64,000 bases of DNA from Opitutales bacterium (GCA_965197745.1 CBDANS010000007.1:1152001-1216000); one strand, 5' to 3'; numbered from the stretch's first letter, positions 10,835 through 21,745 are shown. The notes: generated by a model from the sequence alone, not told the origin. Numbers and translations: made by a program.

Positions 10835-11857
10835 ATGAATCCCTTTGAAAGAGTAGAAATTGGCAATACCGGGGTCCAAGTGACTCGACTCGGTTTAGGA
10901 GGGGCCCCATTGAGCAAGATGGCAGAGTTCATTGGGGGTGATAATGATACTCAGAGCTGGAGTTTTGACGAGGCACTTAAAATAATCCGGGAGGCCTATA
11001 ATTCAGGAGTCCGTTATTTCGATACGGCACCGCTTTACGGGACAGGCCGCAGTGAAACGCGCTACGGTCGAATACTCAGTCAATTGCCAAGAGACAGTTT
11101 TTCCATCTCGACTAAAGCCGCGCGATTGCTTGTCCCCGAGGATCCCGGGAACCTGGAACCCTACAGTGAAGACGGTATCCCAAAGTACAAGGTCGAGTTT
11201 GATTTCAGTAGTGCCGGGCTCCAGCGTTCTTTAAAAGAAAGCCTGGAAAGATTACAGTTGAAAGCAGTTGATATTCTATTTTTACACGATAGTGATTTTT
11301 TCCCCGAAGATGCTGAACGTAATTCCGTCGAGGGGCTGACCGCGCTGGTCGAAATGCGCGACAGGGGTGTCATCAAAGCTATTGGAATGGGAATGAATCA
11401 TTGGGAAACTACCGCTCGAATGATTGAGCAATTCGATTTGGACATTATATTACTCGCCGGTCGATACACCCTGTTGGACCAGACTTCACTACCCGAATTC
11501 ATGCCTCTGTGTATAGAACGAGGGGTAAAAGTGGTGATCGGAGGTCCCTATAATAGTGGAATCCTGGCGCGCGATCTAGATAAACCGGTCACTTTTAACT
11601 ACCTGCCTGCGCCTGAGGCGATGATTGAAAAAGCCCGAAAAATGAAAACGGTCTGTGATCGGCATCAGATCGACTTAAAAGCTGCTGCGCTGCAATTCCT
11701 CATAGCCCACCCCGCGGTAGCCACCGCTATACCCGGAGCGGCATCCCTGCATGAACTGAATGAAAATATTCGTATGATGCAGGTTAAAATCCCCACGGGC
11801 TTTTGGGCTGAGTTGAAAGAGGAAAAACTGCTGCCCGATGAAGCGCCGACCCCTTGA
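10835..11857 (+). CDS. Aldo/keto reductase (aldose 1-dehydrogenase-like)
   Basis: LGLGGAPL, YFDTAPLYGTGRSE, STK, SLERL, LHD, LAGRYTLLDQ, NSGILA. Confidence 0.9.
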   Translation: MNPFERVEIGNTGVQVTRLGLGGAPLSKMAEFIGGDNDTQSWSFDEALKIIREAYNSGVRYFDTAPLYGTGRSETRYGRILSQLPRDSFSISTKAARLLVPEDPGNLEPYSEDGIPKYKVEFDFSSAGLQRSLKESLERLQLKAVDILFLHDSDFFPEDAERNSVEGLTALVEMRDRGVIKAIGMGMNHWETTARMIEQFDLDIILLAGRYTLLDQTSLPEFMPLCIERGVKVVIGGPYNSGILARDLDKPVTFNYLPAPEAMIEKARKMKTVCDRHQIDLKAAALQFLIAHPAVATAIPGAASLHELNENIRMMQVKIPTGFWAELKEEKLLPDEAPTP

Positions 11858-11920
11858 AGGTTAAAGCGCAGTGAGGGTCGATCTGAATAATTAGCTTCTC
11901 ACAAACTTCAATTCTAGGGA

Positions 11921-11949
11921 TTGACAACAATCTACAGGTTACCCAAATT
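11921..11949 (+). promoter_or_regulatory. Putative sigma70 promoter of sodA
   Basis: TTGACA-17 nt-CAAATT ending 35 nt upstream of the ATG; weak -10. Confidence 0.4.
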
Positions 11950-11984
11950 GATGATTCAAACTCAATTCACAAAGGCATTAAGTT

Positions 11985-12614
11985 ATGGCATACACACTTC
12001 CAGAATTAGAATATTCCTATGATGCACTGGAACCGCATTTCGATGCGCGCACCATGGAAATTCATCACTCTAAACATCACGCTACTTACATCACAAAGGC
12101 AAATGGGGCGCTTGAACAAGCGCCTGATCTAGCCGATAAATCCGTTGAGGATCTTATCGCTGATGTAGCGAATCTTCCTGATAACGTAAAAGGTCCCCTT
12201 CGTAATAACGCGGGCGGCCATGCTAACCACTCTTTTTTCTGGCAAACACTATCCGGGAGTGGCGGTGGTGAACCTTCGGGCGATCTTGCCAGTGCCATTA
12301 ATGATACGTTTGGCGGCTTAGACAGCTTTAAGACAGCATTTGCCGATGCCGGTATTAACCGTTTCGGCAGCGGTTGGGCCTGGCTTGTCGTAACCGCCGA
12401 CAAGAATCTCGCGGTCACATCAACCCCCAATCAGGATAGTCCTTTAATGAGGGGTTTAGTGGATGTGGAAGGCGATCCCGTCATCGGTCTCGATGTCTGG
12501 GAACATGCTTATTATCTTAAATATCAAAATGTGCGACCTGATTATATTGCGGCTTTCTGGAATATCGTTAACTGGTCCAAAGCCGAAGAACGGTATAAAG
12601 CAGCTACTGGTTAA
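11985..12614 (+). CDS. sodA: Superoxide dismutase, Mn-type signature
   Basis: [34 protein letters not shown]; the GG and QD residues are Mn-type. Confidence 0.92.
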   Translation: MAYTLPELEYSYDALEPHFDARTMEIHHSKHHATYITKANGALEQAPDLADKSVEDLIADVANLPDNVKGPLRNNAGGHANHSFFWQTLSGSGGGEPSGDLASAINDTFGGLDSFKTAFADAGINRFGSGWAWLVVTADKNLAVTSTPNQDSPLMRGLVDVEGDPVIGLDVWEHAYYLKYQNVRPDYIAAFWNIVNWSKAEERYKAATG

Positions 12615-12636
12615 TACTTATTTTACCCTGAAAAAT

Positions 12637-12669
12637 AAAGACGTCGGCTAAACCCGGCGTCTTTTTTTT
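12637..12669 (+). terminator. Rho-independent terminator after sodA
   Basis: AAAGACGTCGG-ctaaac-CCGGCGTCTTT running into a T8 tract. Confidence 0.85.
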
Positions 12670-12701
12670 ATGATAAGGATGCGTGATTCTGGAGTATGAT
12701 G

Positions 12702-13018
12702 GGAGGTCCGCGCATCGTCGTGGACGTAACATATCTATGACAATGGTATGAATAGGGACTGCGTGTTTAATTATCCTCATACAACTTACACCCTTATGTC
12801 TTTGCGAGTCCCGCGGCTGCGGGACGAAGCTACCGAGCGCAGCGACATCTTCCATTCCAGGCAAATGTCTTTCGCGTATCAGCTAATCCTCGGAATGGGA
12901 AATTACGATCAGACGTCCTCTGGACTGGTCATGACACTTTAACGGTCATACAGCGGCCACAACAACGCGTGGCCCTTCATAAATTGTTCATCCGGAGGGC
13001 CACGCGTTGTCGTGGCCG
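12702..13018. repeat. Cluster of REP-like palindromes: family A at 12702-12726, 12954-12978(-), 12994-13018; family C at 12797-12830
   Basis: 25-nt GGAGGG-stem-loop units, including an inverted pair; TCCCGC-N5-GCGGGA hairpin. Confidence 0.8.
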
Positions 13019-13061
13019 AAGATATATATAAGGAAGGGAAAAAAGCGTCGCTAATCCAGGA

Positions 13062-13619
13062 TCAGGCACGGCCAAGATAAGATCCGTCTTCAGTGCTGAC
13101 CTTAATTACCTCTCCTTGTTTGATAAACAACGGTGTTTGCACCACGAGACCGGTCTCCGTCGTCACCGATTTAAGGGCGCTGCTTGCGGTATCTCCTCTT
13201 ATGGCCTCGGGTGATTCTGTTACTTTTAAATCTACTGAAGAACGGAGCTGAATTTGTACCGCCTGATTGTCGACAAAAAGAATATCATAATTATTTCCTT
13301 CAGATAAATATTTTTTGGCATCCTCGACCACTTCTTCGGAGAGCAGTGTATCCTCAAAAGTTTCCGGATGCATAAAGTGATATCCCTCCTGGTCAAAATA
13401 ACTGAACTCCAATCGCTGGGAATCGGTCATTAGTATTTCAACATTGTCGGTGCTGCGAAATTTCGTGGTCGTTGTGCTTCCACTGTGTAAATTGCGAAGA
13501 GTTGTTTGCACAAAACCAGCTTGCCGCCCTTGGGTGCGATGCATCATATCAAGAACGAAATGCGGTGTGCCGTTATAGTTAATGACTTTTCCTTTTCGGA
13601 TTTCTGTAGGTGAGGGCAT
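13062..13619 (-). CDS. efp: Translation elongation factor P
   Basis: 185 aa; FM..ETFE, RGDTA, TETGLVVQTPLFIKQGEVIKVST..G.YLGRA; tip loop QGR32Q. Confidence 0.95.
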   Translation of the reverse strand: MPSPTEIRKGKVINYNGTPHFVLDMMHRTQGRQAGFVQTTLRNLHSGSTTTTKFRSTDNVEILMTDSQRLEFSYFDQEGYHFMHPETFEDTLLSEEVVEDAKKYLSEGNNYDILFVDNQAVQIQLRSSVDLKVTESPEAIRGDTASSALKSVTTETGLVVQTPLFIKQGEVIKVSTEDGSYLGRA

Positions 13620-13784
13620 GGAAAATAAGCGGGTCGTTGGTTGAAGTATTTATATTGAAATGATGGCCTTGTGATTAGGTCATTAAAAAGAAAGCTGTCA
13701 ACCCTGTGCTATCCATCTTGTTGTTAAATTTCCACGCTTTACAATCGCTTTAATTACCATAGGGTGATGACCTTAAGGATCTTT

Positions 13785-15125
13785 ATGAAACAGCGGACGA
13801 TTCTTCGAGAAGTTTCCATTAAAGGGCAGGGGTTACATACCGGAGAAGAAGTGCACATGACTTTGAAACCGGCCCCTGAAGATCACGGTATCATCTTCAG
13901 GCGTGTTGATATTTACGGGAAACCGGAAATCAAGCCTACTGCTGATGTCGTATCCGATATCATGCGAAGCACGACAATTTCTTCCGGTCATGTCACCCTC
14001 AATACCGTGGAACATGTACTTAGCGCTCTCAGTGGGACGGGTGTCGATAATGTCCTTATTGAAATCGATGCCAATGAGATGCCCATACTCGATGGATCCG
14101 CTAAACATTTTGTAAATTTGATTCAAAAGGCTGAGCCCGTTGAACAAGAGAAAGAACGCGTCTATTACGAACTCAAAGAACCCGTATCGGTTACCAAAGG
14201 CAGCAGTTCTTATATCGCCCTTCCCCACAAAGGCCTCAAAATAACCTGTACTTTAACCGACGACCGGGGGGGGGCGAACACCCAACACCTCTCCCTTGAT
14301 ATTAATCCCCAGACCTATATTGCCGATATTGCTCCTGCCCGTACTTTTGCATTTTTTGAGGAAGTCGAAAGCCTTCGCCAGATGGGAAAGATTCGGGGGG
14401 GAAGTTTAGATAATGCGATCCTAATTAAGGGTGATACTATTCTCTCTAAAGAACCGTTGCGTTTTAAAGATGAATTCGTCCGTCATAAAATCCTCGATAT
14501 TCTTGGAGACATAATGCATATCGGACGGCCTTTGATGGCTCATATTATTGCGGTACGACCCAGTCACGCCCTGAACCATGCTTTAACCCACGCGCTGTAT
14601 GATAAAATGCACGCGGAAAGCAACGGGAAGAAGGCCAAGAAAAAAATGACACCTTCAGTGCTCATTGACCCCACCGAAACGGCTCTTGATATCCGGCGTA
14701 TCCTGGATCTTCTCCCACACCGTTACCCCTTTGTCATGGTTGATAGAGTGACGAAAATTAAGGGTGATAATGAACTCATTGCCGTTAAAAATGTCTCCAT
14801 TAATGAACCTTACTTTCAAGGACATTATCCCGGTCGACCCATTATGCCGGCGGTGCTGCAAATTGAAGCTATGGCTCAAGCTGCGGGAATTCTGCTTCTC
14901 CGCCAAGTATCTGGAGAAGGAAAAATCGCGCTGTTTATGAGCTGTGATAAAGTTAAGCTACGTCATACCGTCGTTCCTGGCGATCAGCTTGAGATCCATG
15001 TGAAGCTGAATCAGGTCCGGGGCGGTAAAATTGCCAAGGCCAGCGCCTCCTGCAATGTGGGCAAGAAAAATGTTTCCTCTTGTGAGTTGATGTTTGCCTT
15101 TGTTGATGATCCCGAAAAAGCGTAA
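13785..15125 (+). CDS. lpxC: Bifunctional UDP-3-O-acyl-GlcNAc deacetylase / 3-hydroxyacyl-ACP dehydratase (LpxC-FabZ fusion)
   Basis: [34 protein letters not shown] (LpxC); [22 protein letters not shown]...QIEAMAQ (FabZ). Confidence 0.96.
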   Translation: MKQRTILREVSIKGQGLHTGEEVHMTLKPAPEDHGIIFRRVDIYGKPEIKPTADVVSDIMRSTTISSGHVTLNTVEHVLSALSGTGVDNVLIEIDANEMPILDGSAKHFVNLIQKAEPVEQEKERVYYELKEPVSVTKGSSSYIALPHKGLKITCTLTDDRGGANTQHLSLDINPQTYIADIAPARTFAFFEEVESLRQMGKIRGGSLDNAILIKGDTILSKEPLRFKDEFVRHKILDILGDIMHIGRPLMAHIIAVRPSHALNHALTHALYDKMHAESNGKKAKKKMTPSVLIDPTETALDIRRILDLLPHRYPFVMVDRVTKIKGDNELIAVKNVSINEPYFQGHYPGRPIMPAVLQIEAMAQAAGILLLRQVSGEGKIALFMSCDKVKLRHTVVPGDQLEIHVKLNQVRGGKIAKASASCNVGKKNVSSCELMFAFVDDPEKA

Positions 15126-15154
15126 TTTTTTCGCAGTTTCATACCTGGAATATC

Positions 15155-15931
15155 GTGGCAACTGAAATTCATCCCACAGCCATTGTGGAATCCGGAGCCG
15201 TTCTCGATGACAGGGTAAGCATTGGGGCCTTCGCCTATATTGGTTCCAAGGTAGAATGTGGGGCAGGGACGACTGTTCATCATCACGCCACGGTTGAAGG
15301 TAAAACAATTTTAGGTAGAGATAATGAAATTTATTCCTACGCCTTAATCGGGGGAAAATCACAAGATCTGAAATCTAAAGGAGGTGCGCCCGGTCTCAGG
15401 ATTGGCGATAACAATATCTTCAGGGAGTATGTCACGGTCCACTGTCATTCTGTGGACGGAGAATATACGATCCTGGGTTCTAACAATTACTGCCTCGCAT
15501 ACAGTCATATCGGGCATGAGTGTGTGATCGGGGATCATTTTATTCTAGGCCATAGCAGCACGCTGGGAGGACATATGGTGGTGGAAGATTTTGCTAATGT
15601 GGGAGGGCATACTGCCTTTCATCCCAATTGCCGCATAGGGCGTTGCGCTTACATCGGGGGTTGTTCCAAGGTGGTCCAGGACATCCCACCCTTTATGCTT
15701 GGGGATGGCAGTCCGGCGACCATTAAGACCATCAATAAAATTGGTATGGAGCGCCACGGGTTCTCCGAGGAAGCTATCAGCCTGGCGCGACAAGTATATA
15801 AAATACTCTACCGTGAGGGGCTAAATCGAAGCCAGGCTTTAGACCGCCTTCGCGACCATGAGAAAGCGGATGATTCTATTGTGAAGTCAATAATCGATTT
15901 TGCCGAAAACAGCACACGCGGATTAGCTTGA
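15155..15931 (+). CDS. lpxA: Acyl-ACP--UDP-N-acetylglucosamine O-acyltransferase
   Basis: IHPTAIV, hexapeptide repeats, QDLK, IFREYVTVH, HIGHEC, QDIPPF; follows lpxC-fabZ. Confidence 0.94.
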   Translation: MATEIHPTAIVESGAVLDDRVSIGAFAYIGSKVECGAGTTVHHHATVEGKTILGRDNEIYSYALIGGKSQDLKSKGGAPGLRIGDNNIFREYVTVHCHSVDGEYTILGSNNYCLAYSHIGHECVIGDHFILGHSSTLGGHMVVEDFANVGGHTAFHPNCRIGRCAYIGGCSKVVQDIPPFMLGDGSPATIKTINKIGMERHGFSEEAISLARQVYKILYREGLNRSQALDRLRDHEKADDSIVKSIIDFAENSTRGLA

Positions 15932-15946
15932 TAGGGTTAATTCAAC

Positions 15947-16264
15947 TTAATCATTAGAATTTATTTCGTCCCCAAGCTTTTGCAGGTATTCAAAGCTATA
16001 AAGCCCGGTATTATGGCCGTCGCTGAAATGAAAACAGACCGCGTAATTGCCTTTTAATTCCCATCTGCGAACTTCCACCCCGGGGAATTTTTTCGAACCC
16101 ATCCCTCCATATAAATTTCCAAAAATATCGCGTTCCCCCACATTTTCTGCGCTCGGTGAACAAGCGCGTAAATCCTCCATCTTGAAATAGTCTTCCCGCC
16201 CATCGGGCCAGAGAATAGCTATCTCTTTTCCAATTACTTGTATGTCACTCGGAGGTTTAATCAT
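15947..16264 (-). CDS. DUF971 / gamma-butyrobetaine hydroxylase N-terminal-like protein
   Basis: W.DG, LRACSPSAE..GE, GNYAV...FSDGHNTGLYSFEYL. Confidence 0.85.
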   Translation of the reverse strand: MIKPPSDIQVIGKEIAILWPDGREDYFKMEDLRACSPSAENVGERDIFGNLYGGMGSKKFPGVEVRRWELKGNYAVCFHFSDGHNTGLYSFEYLQKLGDEINSND

Positions 16265-16511
16265 GCACTACTCCTTATCATAGTTATCCCTCTTTTACTA
16301 ATATTTCCCCGCACCCTCACTTTCTGTCCCTCTTAATCATAATCCATGTAATAATTACTGAGAGGATGAGGGCGATTAGGGTAGAGGGTTTATCTCAGCA
16401 CCCACTTTTGAATTATAAGTAGTTTATGTACAAATAAATAAGAAATGTTAACCATCTTAAAATTTTATTTAACAATTGATTTTCATGATGAAATCGGTAT
16501 GTTTCCGGCGC

Positions 16512-18359
16512 ATGAAAGGGTATTTCCTGATACTCGTTTTTTATCCCGTGGTAGCGTTTGCTCAGAAATCAGGTTCAAACGCTGAAGTTTTTACGACACT
16601 CCCTGAATTCACAGTAACAGAAACGAGAGTTGCCAACGCGGAGCCGGCCAGCACTTATGCCTCTGCTATTACGGAATTACGGTACGAACCTTTAATTGAT
16701 GTTCAGACGCGCAACATCGCTGAAGCGCAGGGTGATGTGACTTTACGTGGAGGTATTTTTGAAAACACGGGATTCAGAGTTGGAGCAGCCACCTTGTTCG
16801 ATCCACAAACGGGACATTATTTTGCCGAGATTCCAATCGCACCGGACATGCTCACGGTGCCGAAAATAATTACCGGTATTGAGAATGCGCACGCCGGATT
16901 TAATTCGACAGTGGGTACTTTAAATTACGCATGGAACCCCATACGCAAGGGTGGGGAAACTGCTGTGGGTTTGGGTGATAACGCTTTTAATCTTCAGCGT
17001 ATTTATATTGGTGAGGTAAATGAATATAAAAAAGGGAATACTGCAGGAATAGATTTTTCTTTTGCCCGCTCAGAGTCCGACGGAACGCGCCCTTACGGCG
17101 ACCATGAATTTAACCGCTATGCGGGCAGGATTCAGTTACTTGGTGAACATTCACAGACAGATTTATTCGCTGGGTATCAGTCGAAGTTTTTCGGGTGGCC
17201 GAACATGTATACACCTTTTAACGTAAACGAAACAGAGAACTTGCAGACGAACCTCTATCTTATCAACCACCGAACGAATTATGTTGATGATAGTTTTATA
17301 GAATTCACGGGTTACTACCGAAGACATAAGGATGATTATGAATTCAACCGTTTTATACCTGGACAGTTTAATCCCTTTCAGCATGAAACCATCGTCTGGT
17401 CCGCGGGACTCCAGGGGCAGCAGGTCTTTAATAATTTTTCTTTGCATTACAGCGGACAGTTTCTTTCAGATGAGATAACATCCAGCAATCTGGTGTTTGG
17501 ACCATTCAGTTCTCGCAGCTATTATAAATTAACCCTTCTTCCGGAGTGGCGTCACTCGTATTCTGAAGGGACCGAGCTCGTCCTGCGCGCCGGAGCAAGT
17601 TATGATGACACCAACCGGGACAGTTCAAGAGTGTCTCCCATGGCATCGTTATCCTTAACCCGGAGTGATAGCAGGGGCCGTGGTGAACGCTTCTATTTCG
17701 ATTATGCCGAGAGCAGCCAGGTCCCGGGCTACACCGCGATCGGGGCCAATCCCAATGCCGGGCTCTTTCGCGGTAAACCCGATGCGGGCCGTGAGAGCAG
17801 CAGAAATATTGAAGTGGGTGCTGATCTGGTTCGTCCGAATTGGCGGGGTCATGTCGCCATCTTTTATCGGCTGGACCGTGACTTGCTGGATTGGACTTAC
17901 AGTTTTGAAAGCACTTCCGCGCGCATGGCTAACAATGTGGATATCGATACCTTTGGCAGTGAATTCACTTTTATTACCCGTTGGAAAGATTTAAATATGG
18001 TTCTCGGATACACCTACCTCAGTAAGAGTGAGGATTATAGAAATGCTGATGTTGATGCCAGTTTTTATGCATTGAATTTCCCCCGGCACCGTTTTACAGC
18101 AGCTTTCATCTATCGCTTTCTCAATCAATTTGAATTTCGCATCGATAATGAGTTCCGCTCCCAGGAAGAAAACATTCTACGGCGCAGCTCAGATGAGGCA
18201 GCGCTGACATCGCTCAGCCTTATATGGGCCCCACCTCCCTTAACCGGACTGGAACTGAGTTTAACCGTTGATAATATATACAGTAGCAATTTCGAGGAAA
18301 TACCCGCAACTCCTGCTGTTCGGCGTCAAGTATCCTCCTACCTGACTTACCGCTGGTGA
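16512..18359 (+). CDS. TonB-dependent outer-membrane receptor
   Basis: Signal peptide; TonB-box-like LPEFTVT; plug-like D...R..AEAQGDV.LRGG; C-terminal VDNIY..F...YRW beta strand. Confidence 0.85.
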   Translation: MKGYFLILVFYPVVAFAQKSGSNAEVFTTLPEFTVTETRVANAEPASTYASAITELRYEPLIDVQTRNIAEAQGDVTLRGGIFENTGFRVGAATLFDPQTGHYFAEIPIAPDMLTVPKIITGIENAHAGFNSTVGTLNYAWNPIRKGGETAVGLGDNAFNLQRIYIGEVNEYKKGNTAGIDFSFARSESDGTRPYGDHEFNRYAGRIQLLGEHSQTDLFAGYQSKFFGWPNMYTPFNVNETENLQTNLYLINHRTNYVDDSFIEFTGYYRRHKDDYEFNRFIPGQFNPFQHETIVWSAGLQGQQVFNNFSLHYSGQFLSDEITSSNLVFGPFSSRSYYKLTLLPEWRHSYSEGTELVLRAGASYDDTNRDSSRVSPMASLSLTRSDSRGRGERFYFDYAESSQVPGYTAIGANPNAGLFRGKPDAGRESSRNIEVGADLVRPNWRGHVAIFYRLDRDLLDWTYSFESTSARMANNVDIDTFGSEFTFITRWKDLNMVLGYTYLSKSEDYRNADVDASFYALNFPRHRFTAAFIYRFLNQFEFRIDNEFRSQEENILRRSSDEAALTSLSLIWAPPPLTGLELSLTVDNIYSSNFEEIPATPAVRRQVSSYLTYRW

Positions 18360-18367
18360 AATGGGGA

Positions 18368-18402
18368 AAGGTCTAAAGTCGAAGGTCAAAAGTCGAAGGT
18401 CG
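18368..18402. repeat. Heptamer tandem array (AA[AG]GTCN x5)
   Basis: aaggtct aaagtcg aaggtca aaagtcg aaggtcg between convergent genes. Confidence 0.6.
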
Positions 18403-18448
18403 GATAGTTTCCTAATTCCATTTGGTCTTTCGACTGATTACCTTTAAC

Positions 18449-19312
18449 CTATTGCTTACTGCTCACCCCTGACTTGCGTTCGGCAAAGACGACAGCAATG
18501 ACCATGATGCCGCCGCCCAGGATAAGCCTTGGAATATCCGTGATTTCTCCAAAAAAAAGGAGTGAGCAGAGAACAGCGAGGGGGATTTTAAGATTATTAA
18601 ATACCGCCAGAGTGCCCGGGTTACTCTGGACTGCCCCTTTATTCCAAAGAAAAAATCCGATTCCTGAAGGGAGAAATCCGAGGTAGAGGAGGGCACTTAT
18701 CTGGGGCGCGGTTAATTCATCAAACTTTTGCCAACCTCCGGTCAGGGTTGTCATGAATGTAGTCACGATGACAGCTCCGAGGTAGAGGAGGGCGAAGACT
18801 TCATGATCTTTAAGATGAATTATTTTTGCACGAACCTGACGGTACTCAATTTGACCGAAAGCAAAGCAGGCATTTGAAAACTGCATGAGTAAAAAACCGA
18901 CGATAACGCCCCTGAATTCAGCATTTTGATAGCGAATAAGAGCGGCGCCAATTACAGCCATGAGCGCGGCACCGAGATAATAAGTCTGAAGCTTCCGGTG
19001 ATAGAGATCATTGATGATGGTTACATAGAGTGGCGTGAAGATCGTAAATAATGCTATCTGGTAAGCCTGCAGGTATTGAAAGGAAAAGATATAACTGCAG
19101 TACATAAGCCCGAATTGGACCACCCCGATTAAGATCAGTCTTCCTATAATCAAGAGAGGAATTCCTTTCCACCGCAGTAGGGGCAGAAACAGAGGCAGAG
19201 CAAGCGTCATCCGCGCCCAGGCGACAAAGTTGGGATCAAGACCGGTGAGATATGTTTTTATCAAACCAAATGAAAAAGCCCAGATGAAAGATACAATTAA
19301 AAGGTAGATCAT
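18449..19312 (-). CDS. EamA/DMT family transporter (YigM-like)
   Basis: IWAFSFGLIK N-terminus, two EamA repeats, about 10 TM segments. Confidence 0.85.
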   Translation of the reverse strand: MIYLLIVSFIWAFSFGLIKTYLTGLDPNFVAWARMTLALPLFLPLLRWKGIPLLIIGRLILIGVVQFGLMYCSYIFSFQYLQAYQIALFTIFTPLYVTIINDLYHRKLQTYYLGAALMAVIGAALIRYQNAEFRGVIVGFLLMQFSNACFAFGQIEYRQVRAKIIHLKDHEVFALLYLGAVIVTTFMTTLTGGWQKFDELTAPQISALLYLGFLPSGIGFFLWNKGAVQSNPGTLAVFNNLKIPLAVLCSLLFFGEITDIPRLILGGGIMVIAVVFAERKSGVSSKQ

Positions 19313-19321
19313 CGTTCTGAA

Positions 19322-20242
19322 TTAGAGAAATAGACGTTCAATGGTCCAGTAAGCGCCCGTCAATGCAATAAGAAGGGAAGCGGGAACAATTACGGATTTT
19401 CGGTACCATCTTTTTTTTATAAACCATCCGAGAACCAGGTATGCCAAAGCAATGACCGTTAATTGGCCCCCTTCAACACCTAGATTGAAAGTAAGCAAAG
19501 CGGTTAGAAAATCACGGCGCGGGAGACCGAGTTCGGCGAGCACACCCGCGAATCCTAAGCCATGGAGAAGGCCGAAGATGAATACGATAAAGGGACGCCA
19601 GGGTTTGAGCCGTACCGTGAATAAATTTTCGATAGCAACAAAGACAATCGATAAAGCGATGAGGGGTTCTACAATATCGGAAGAGAGTGAAAGGTAACCG
19701 TAAATGGATAATCCCAGGGTGATCGAATGGGCAATGGTGAATGCCGTAATCTGCCAGACGAGATAACTGAATTTTATACTTAAAAGGAAGAGAGCCAGCA
19801 CAAATAAGATATGATCAAGTCCCTTGGGTAAGATGTGTTCAAATCCAAATAAGAGATAGCGGGTTGCCACTTTAAATCTATTTGGCCGCGATTGAGGGTC
19901 ACTTTCTTTTTCATGAGGAAGGTCGATTACGGGATCGGGTAATTCTTCACTGACATTAATATTCTCAGGTTCAGCGAACGGTTCACTTTCAATAAGCTCG
20001 ATAACTTCGGATTCGGAGGGCTGTTCACTTTCAGTAATCTCTAAAAGTTCGGGTTCAATCTCCTTATTTTTCTCGAGGTCTTCAGGTTGCTCTTGCTTAA
20101 TTATCGCTTCATTTTCAACAACCTCAATCGCGGCACTTTCTTCCTCATAATATATCGGAAAATCGTAGATATCAACAGGGTGGGCCAGGCCCATAAGGGG
20201 AATTTGAATTGCCAACAAATAACCCCAAACAAATTTACTCAT
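19322..20242 (-). CDS. HupE/UreJ family membrane protein with acidic N-terminal linker
   Basis: GFEHILPKGLDHILF, FTIAHSITL, VEPLIALSI, GLLHGLGFAG, FNLGVE.GQ; ATG 20242. Confidence 0.85.
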   Translation of the reverse strand: MSKFVWGYLLAIQIPLMGLAHPVDIYDFPIYYEEESAAIEVVENEAIIKQEQPEDLEKNKEIEPELLEITESEQPSESEVIELIESEPFAEPENINVSEELPDPVIDLPHEKESDPQSRPNRFKVATRYLLFGFEHILPKGLDHILFVLALFLLSIKFSYLVWQITAFTIAHSITLGLSIYGYLSLSSDIVEPLIALSIVFVAIENLFTVRLKPWRPFIVFIFGLLHGLGFAGVLAELGLPRRDFLTALLTFNLGVEGGQLTVIALAYLVLGWFIKKRWYRKSVIVPASLLIALTGAYWTIERLFL

Positions 20243-20280
20243 CACTGCACCCCCACCCCCACAGCGGTAATTACCGGCTT

Positions 20281-21606
20281 TCATGAAGCAATGAGTTTTA
20301 AAAGCGCTTCCCACCTGTCGCTATAACTGACGGGAATGTCGCGAGCTATTAGTTGTTTAAAATATAGCGTCAATAAGATTACATTCCATACGCAAGCGAT
20401 CGAGGCCAAACCGTATAACGAAATTTTAAAGAGTCGATTTTTATGGTTCCTGTCGATAAGCAAGGCAAAACCGAGCATCGCGAAAAATATCGATGATTCG
20501 AAAGCGCGGTTACCAAAAGAGGAACCAAACCACCAGTTATGCCACGAGGCATTAATGAAGATTATAGTAAGGAGGGAAACAGTCCATGACTTTGGAATAC
20601 TTTTTTCCTTTATAGTATAAAAGATTAAACCTGCCATACCCGCAATGAGCAAGGGGTGCCAGTTGAATAATCCATGATGATGCGAAAATAATATCTTTGC
20701 GATCCTGGGGTGAAGAAAATTAAACGATTCACCTTCATAGGTGTAGATCAGCCATGTGCTGTAAAGTATTTTCCAACATAACAATTGGATAAATACGGTT
20801 ATCAACGCGGGAAATAAAAATACCGTAAGACAATTGAGTTTCTGCCTGGTTTCTATTTCGCTGATGATATAATTTATGATTACAACCGCAGGGAATATTA
20901 AATATACAACAGCCGTGTTTCTGGTGATAACGAGAAGTCCGGAAAAAAAGCCCAGACCCAGCCAATGGCGCCAGCAGGATACTTTATCGAGGATTTTAAA
21001 AGTCAGGTAATAGATAAGGATTGTTAAAAAAAAGACGGTACTGTGGCTCATTGATACGCGCGCGGTCTGGTAATATAAAAGAGGACTGCTCAACCAAATT
21101 AGAAGCATACTCATCCATGCCCTGTTAACGGGCACATATCGGGAAATAATCTTCAACGCGAGGTATAAGCTGGTCACGGAATAACCGATCTGCCCAATCC
21201 ATATGAAAATAAAATAAATCGGTTCAAATCCCGTTGATGGCAAACCGACTACAAGGCTAATTAAATGGGCGAAAATGAAAAAAGGTAAACTGGCAACAGC
21301 CCAGCCCATGGGGTATTTATTAGGCAATAAACCGTTACGCGTACGGGAGCCATTGAGAACAAATTCCTTGGTCTCGGCGTCGATGGTATTGGCCATTTCG
21401 AGCTCATTGTAAAAATCCAGGTCACCGTCAATAACGATGGATCGGAGCCAGAAATAATAAAAACTGTCGTCTATTCCCTGCAGGATAGGTTCCTGCTCGG
21501 GGGTGAACATACCGTAACCTTTATAAACCACGGCATAGAGCGCACATATTACTGCACACACCGTGAGGATCCATATTCCGTAGGGTGTGTCTTTTTTATT
21601 ATTCAT
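20281..21606 (-). CDS. Polytopic membrane glycosyltransferase (GT-C fold-like)
   Basis: DD..YY..LRS...DGDLDF.NE loop after the first TM, NKYP.GWA, SH, WWFGSSFGNR; many TM segments. Confidence 0.6.
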   Translation of the reverse strand: MNNKKDTPYGIWILTVCAVICALYAVVYKGYGMFTPEQEPILQGIDDSFYYFWLRSIVIDGDLDFYNELEMANTIDAETKEFVLNGSRTRNGLLPNKYPMGWAVASLPFFIFAHLISLVVGLPSTGFEPIYFIFIWIGQIGYSVTSLYLALKIISRYVPVNRAWMSMLLIWLSSPLLYYQTARVSMSHSTVFFLTILIYYLTFKILDKVSCWRHWLGLGFFSGLLVITRNTAVVYLIFPAVVIINYIISEIETRQKLNCLTVFLFPALITVFIQLLCWKILYSTWLIYTYEGESFNFLHPRIAKILFSHHHGLFNWHPLLIAGMAGLIFYTIKEKSIPKSWTVSLLTIIFINASWHNWWFGSSFGNRAFESSIFFAMLGFALLIDRNHKNRLFKISLYGLASIACVWNVILLTLYFKQLIARDIPVSYSDRWEALLKLIAS

Positions 21607-21745
21607 CGACTATAATGATCCTCGTTTTTTATCACGTGCTTGTTACTACCTACCTGAATACTGCCTGCCAAGCCATAGTTCAGCGCCACACCTGACGCTT
21701 TCCTGTTAACATTTCTATTTTTTTGTGTTCTGCAACATCCGCACC

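Noticed and set aside
16265..16511. Cobalamin or TPP riboswitch upstream of the TonB receptor
   Set aside because: No B12 box or TPP core motif; only low-complexity CCCTC/GAGGG tracts
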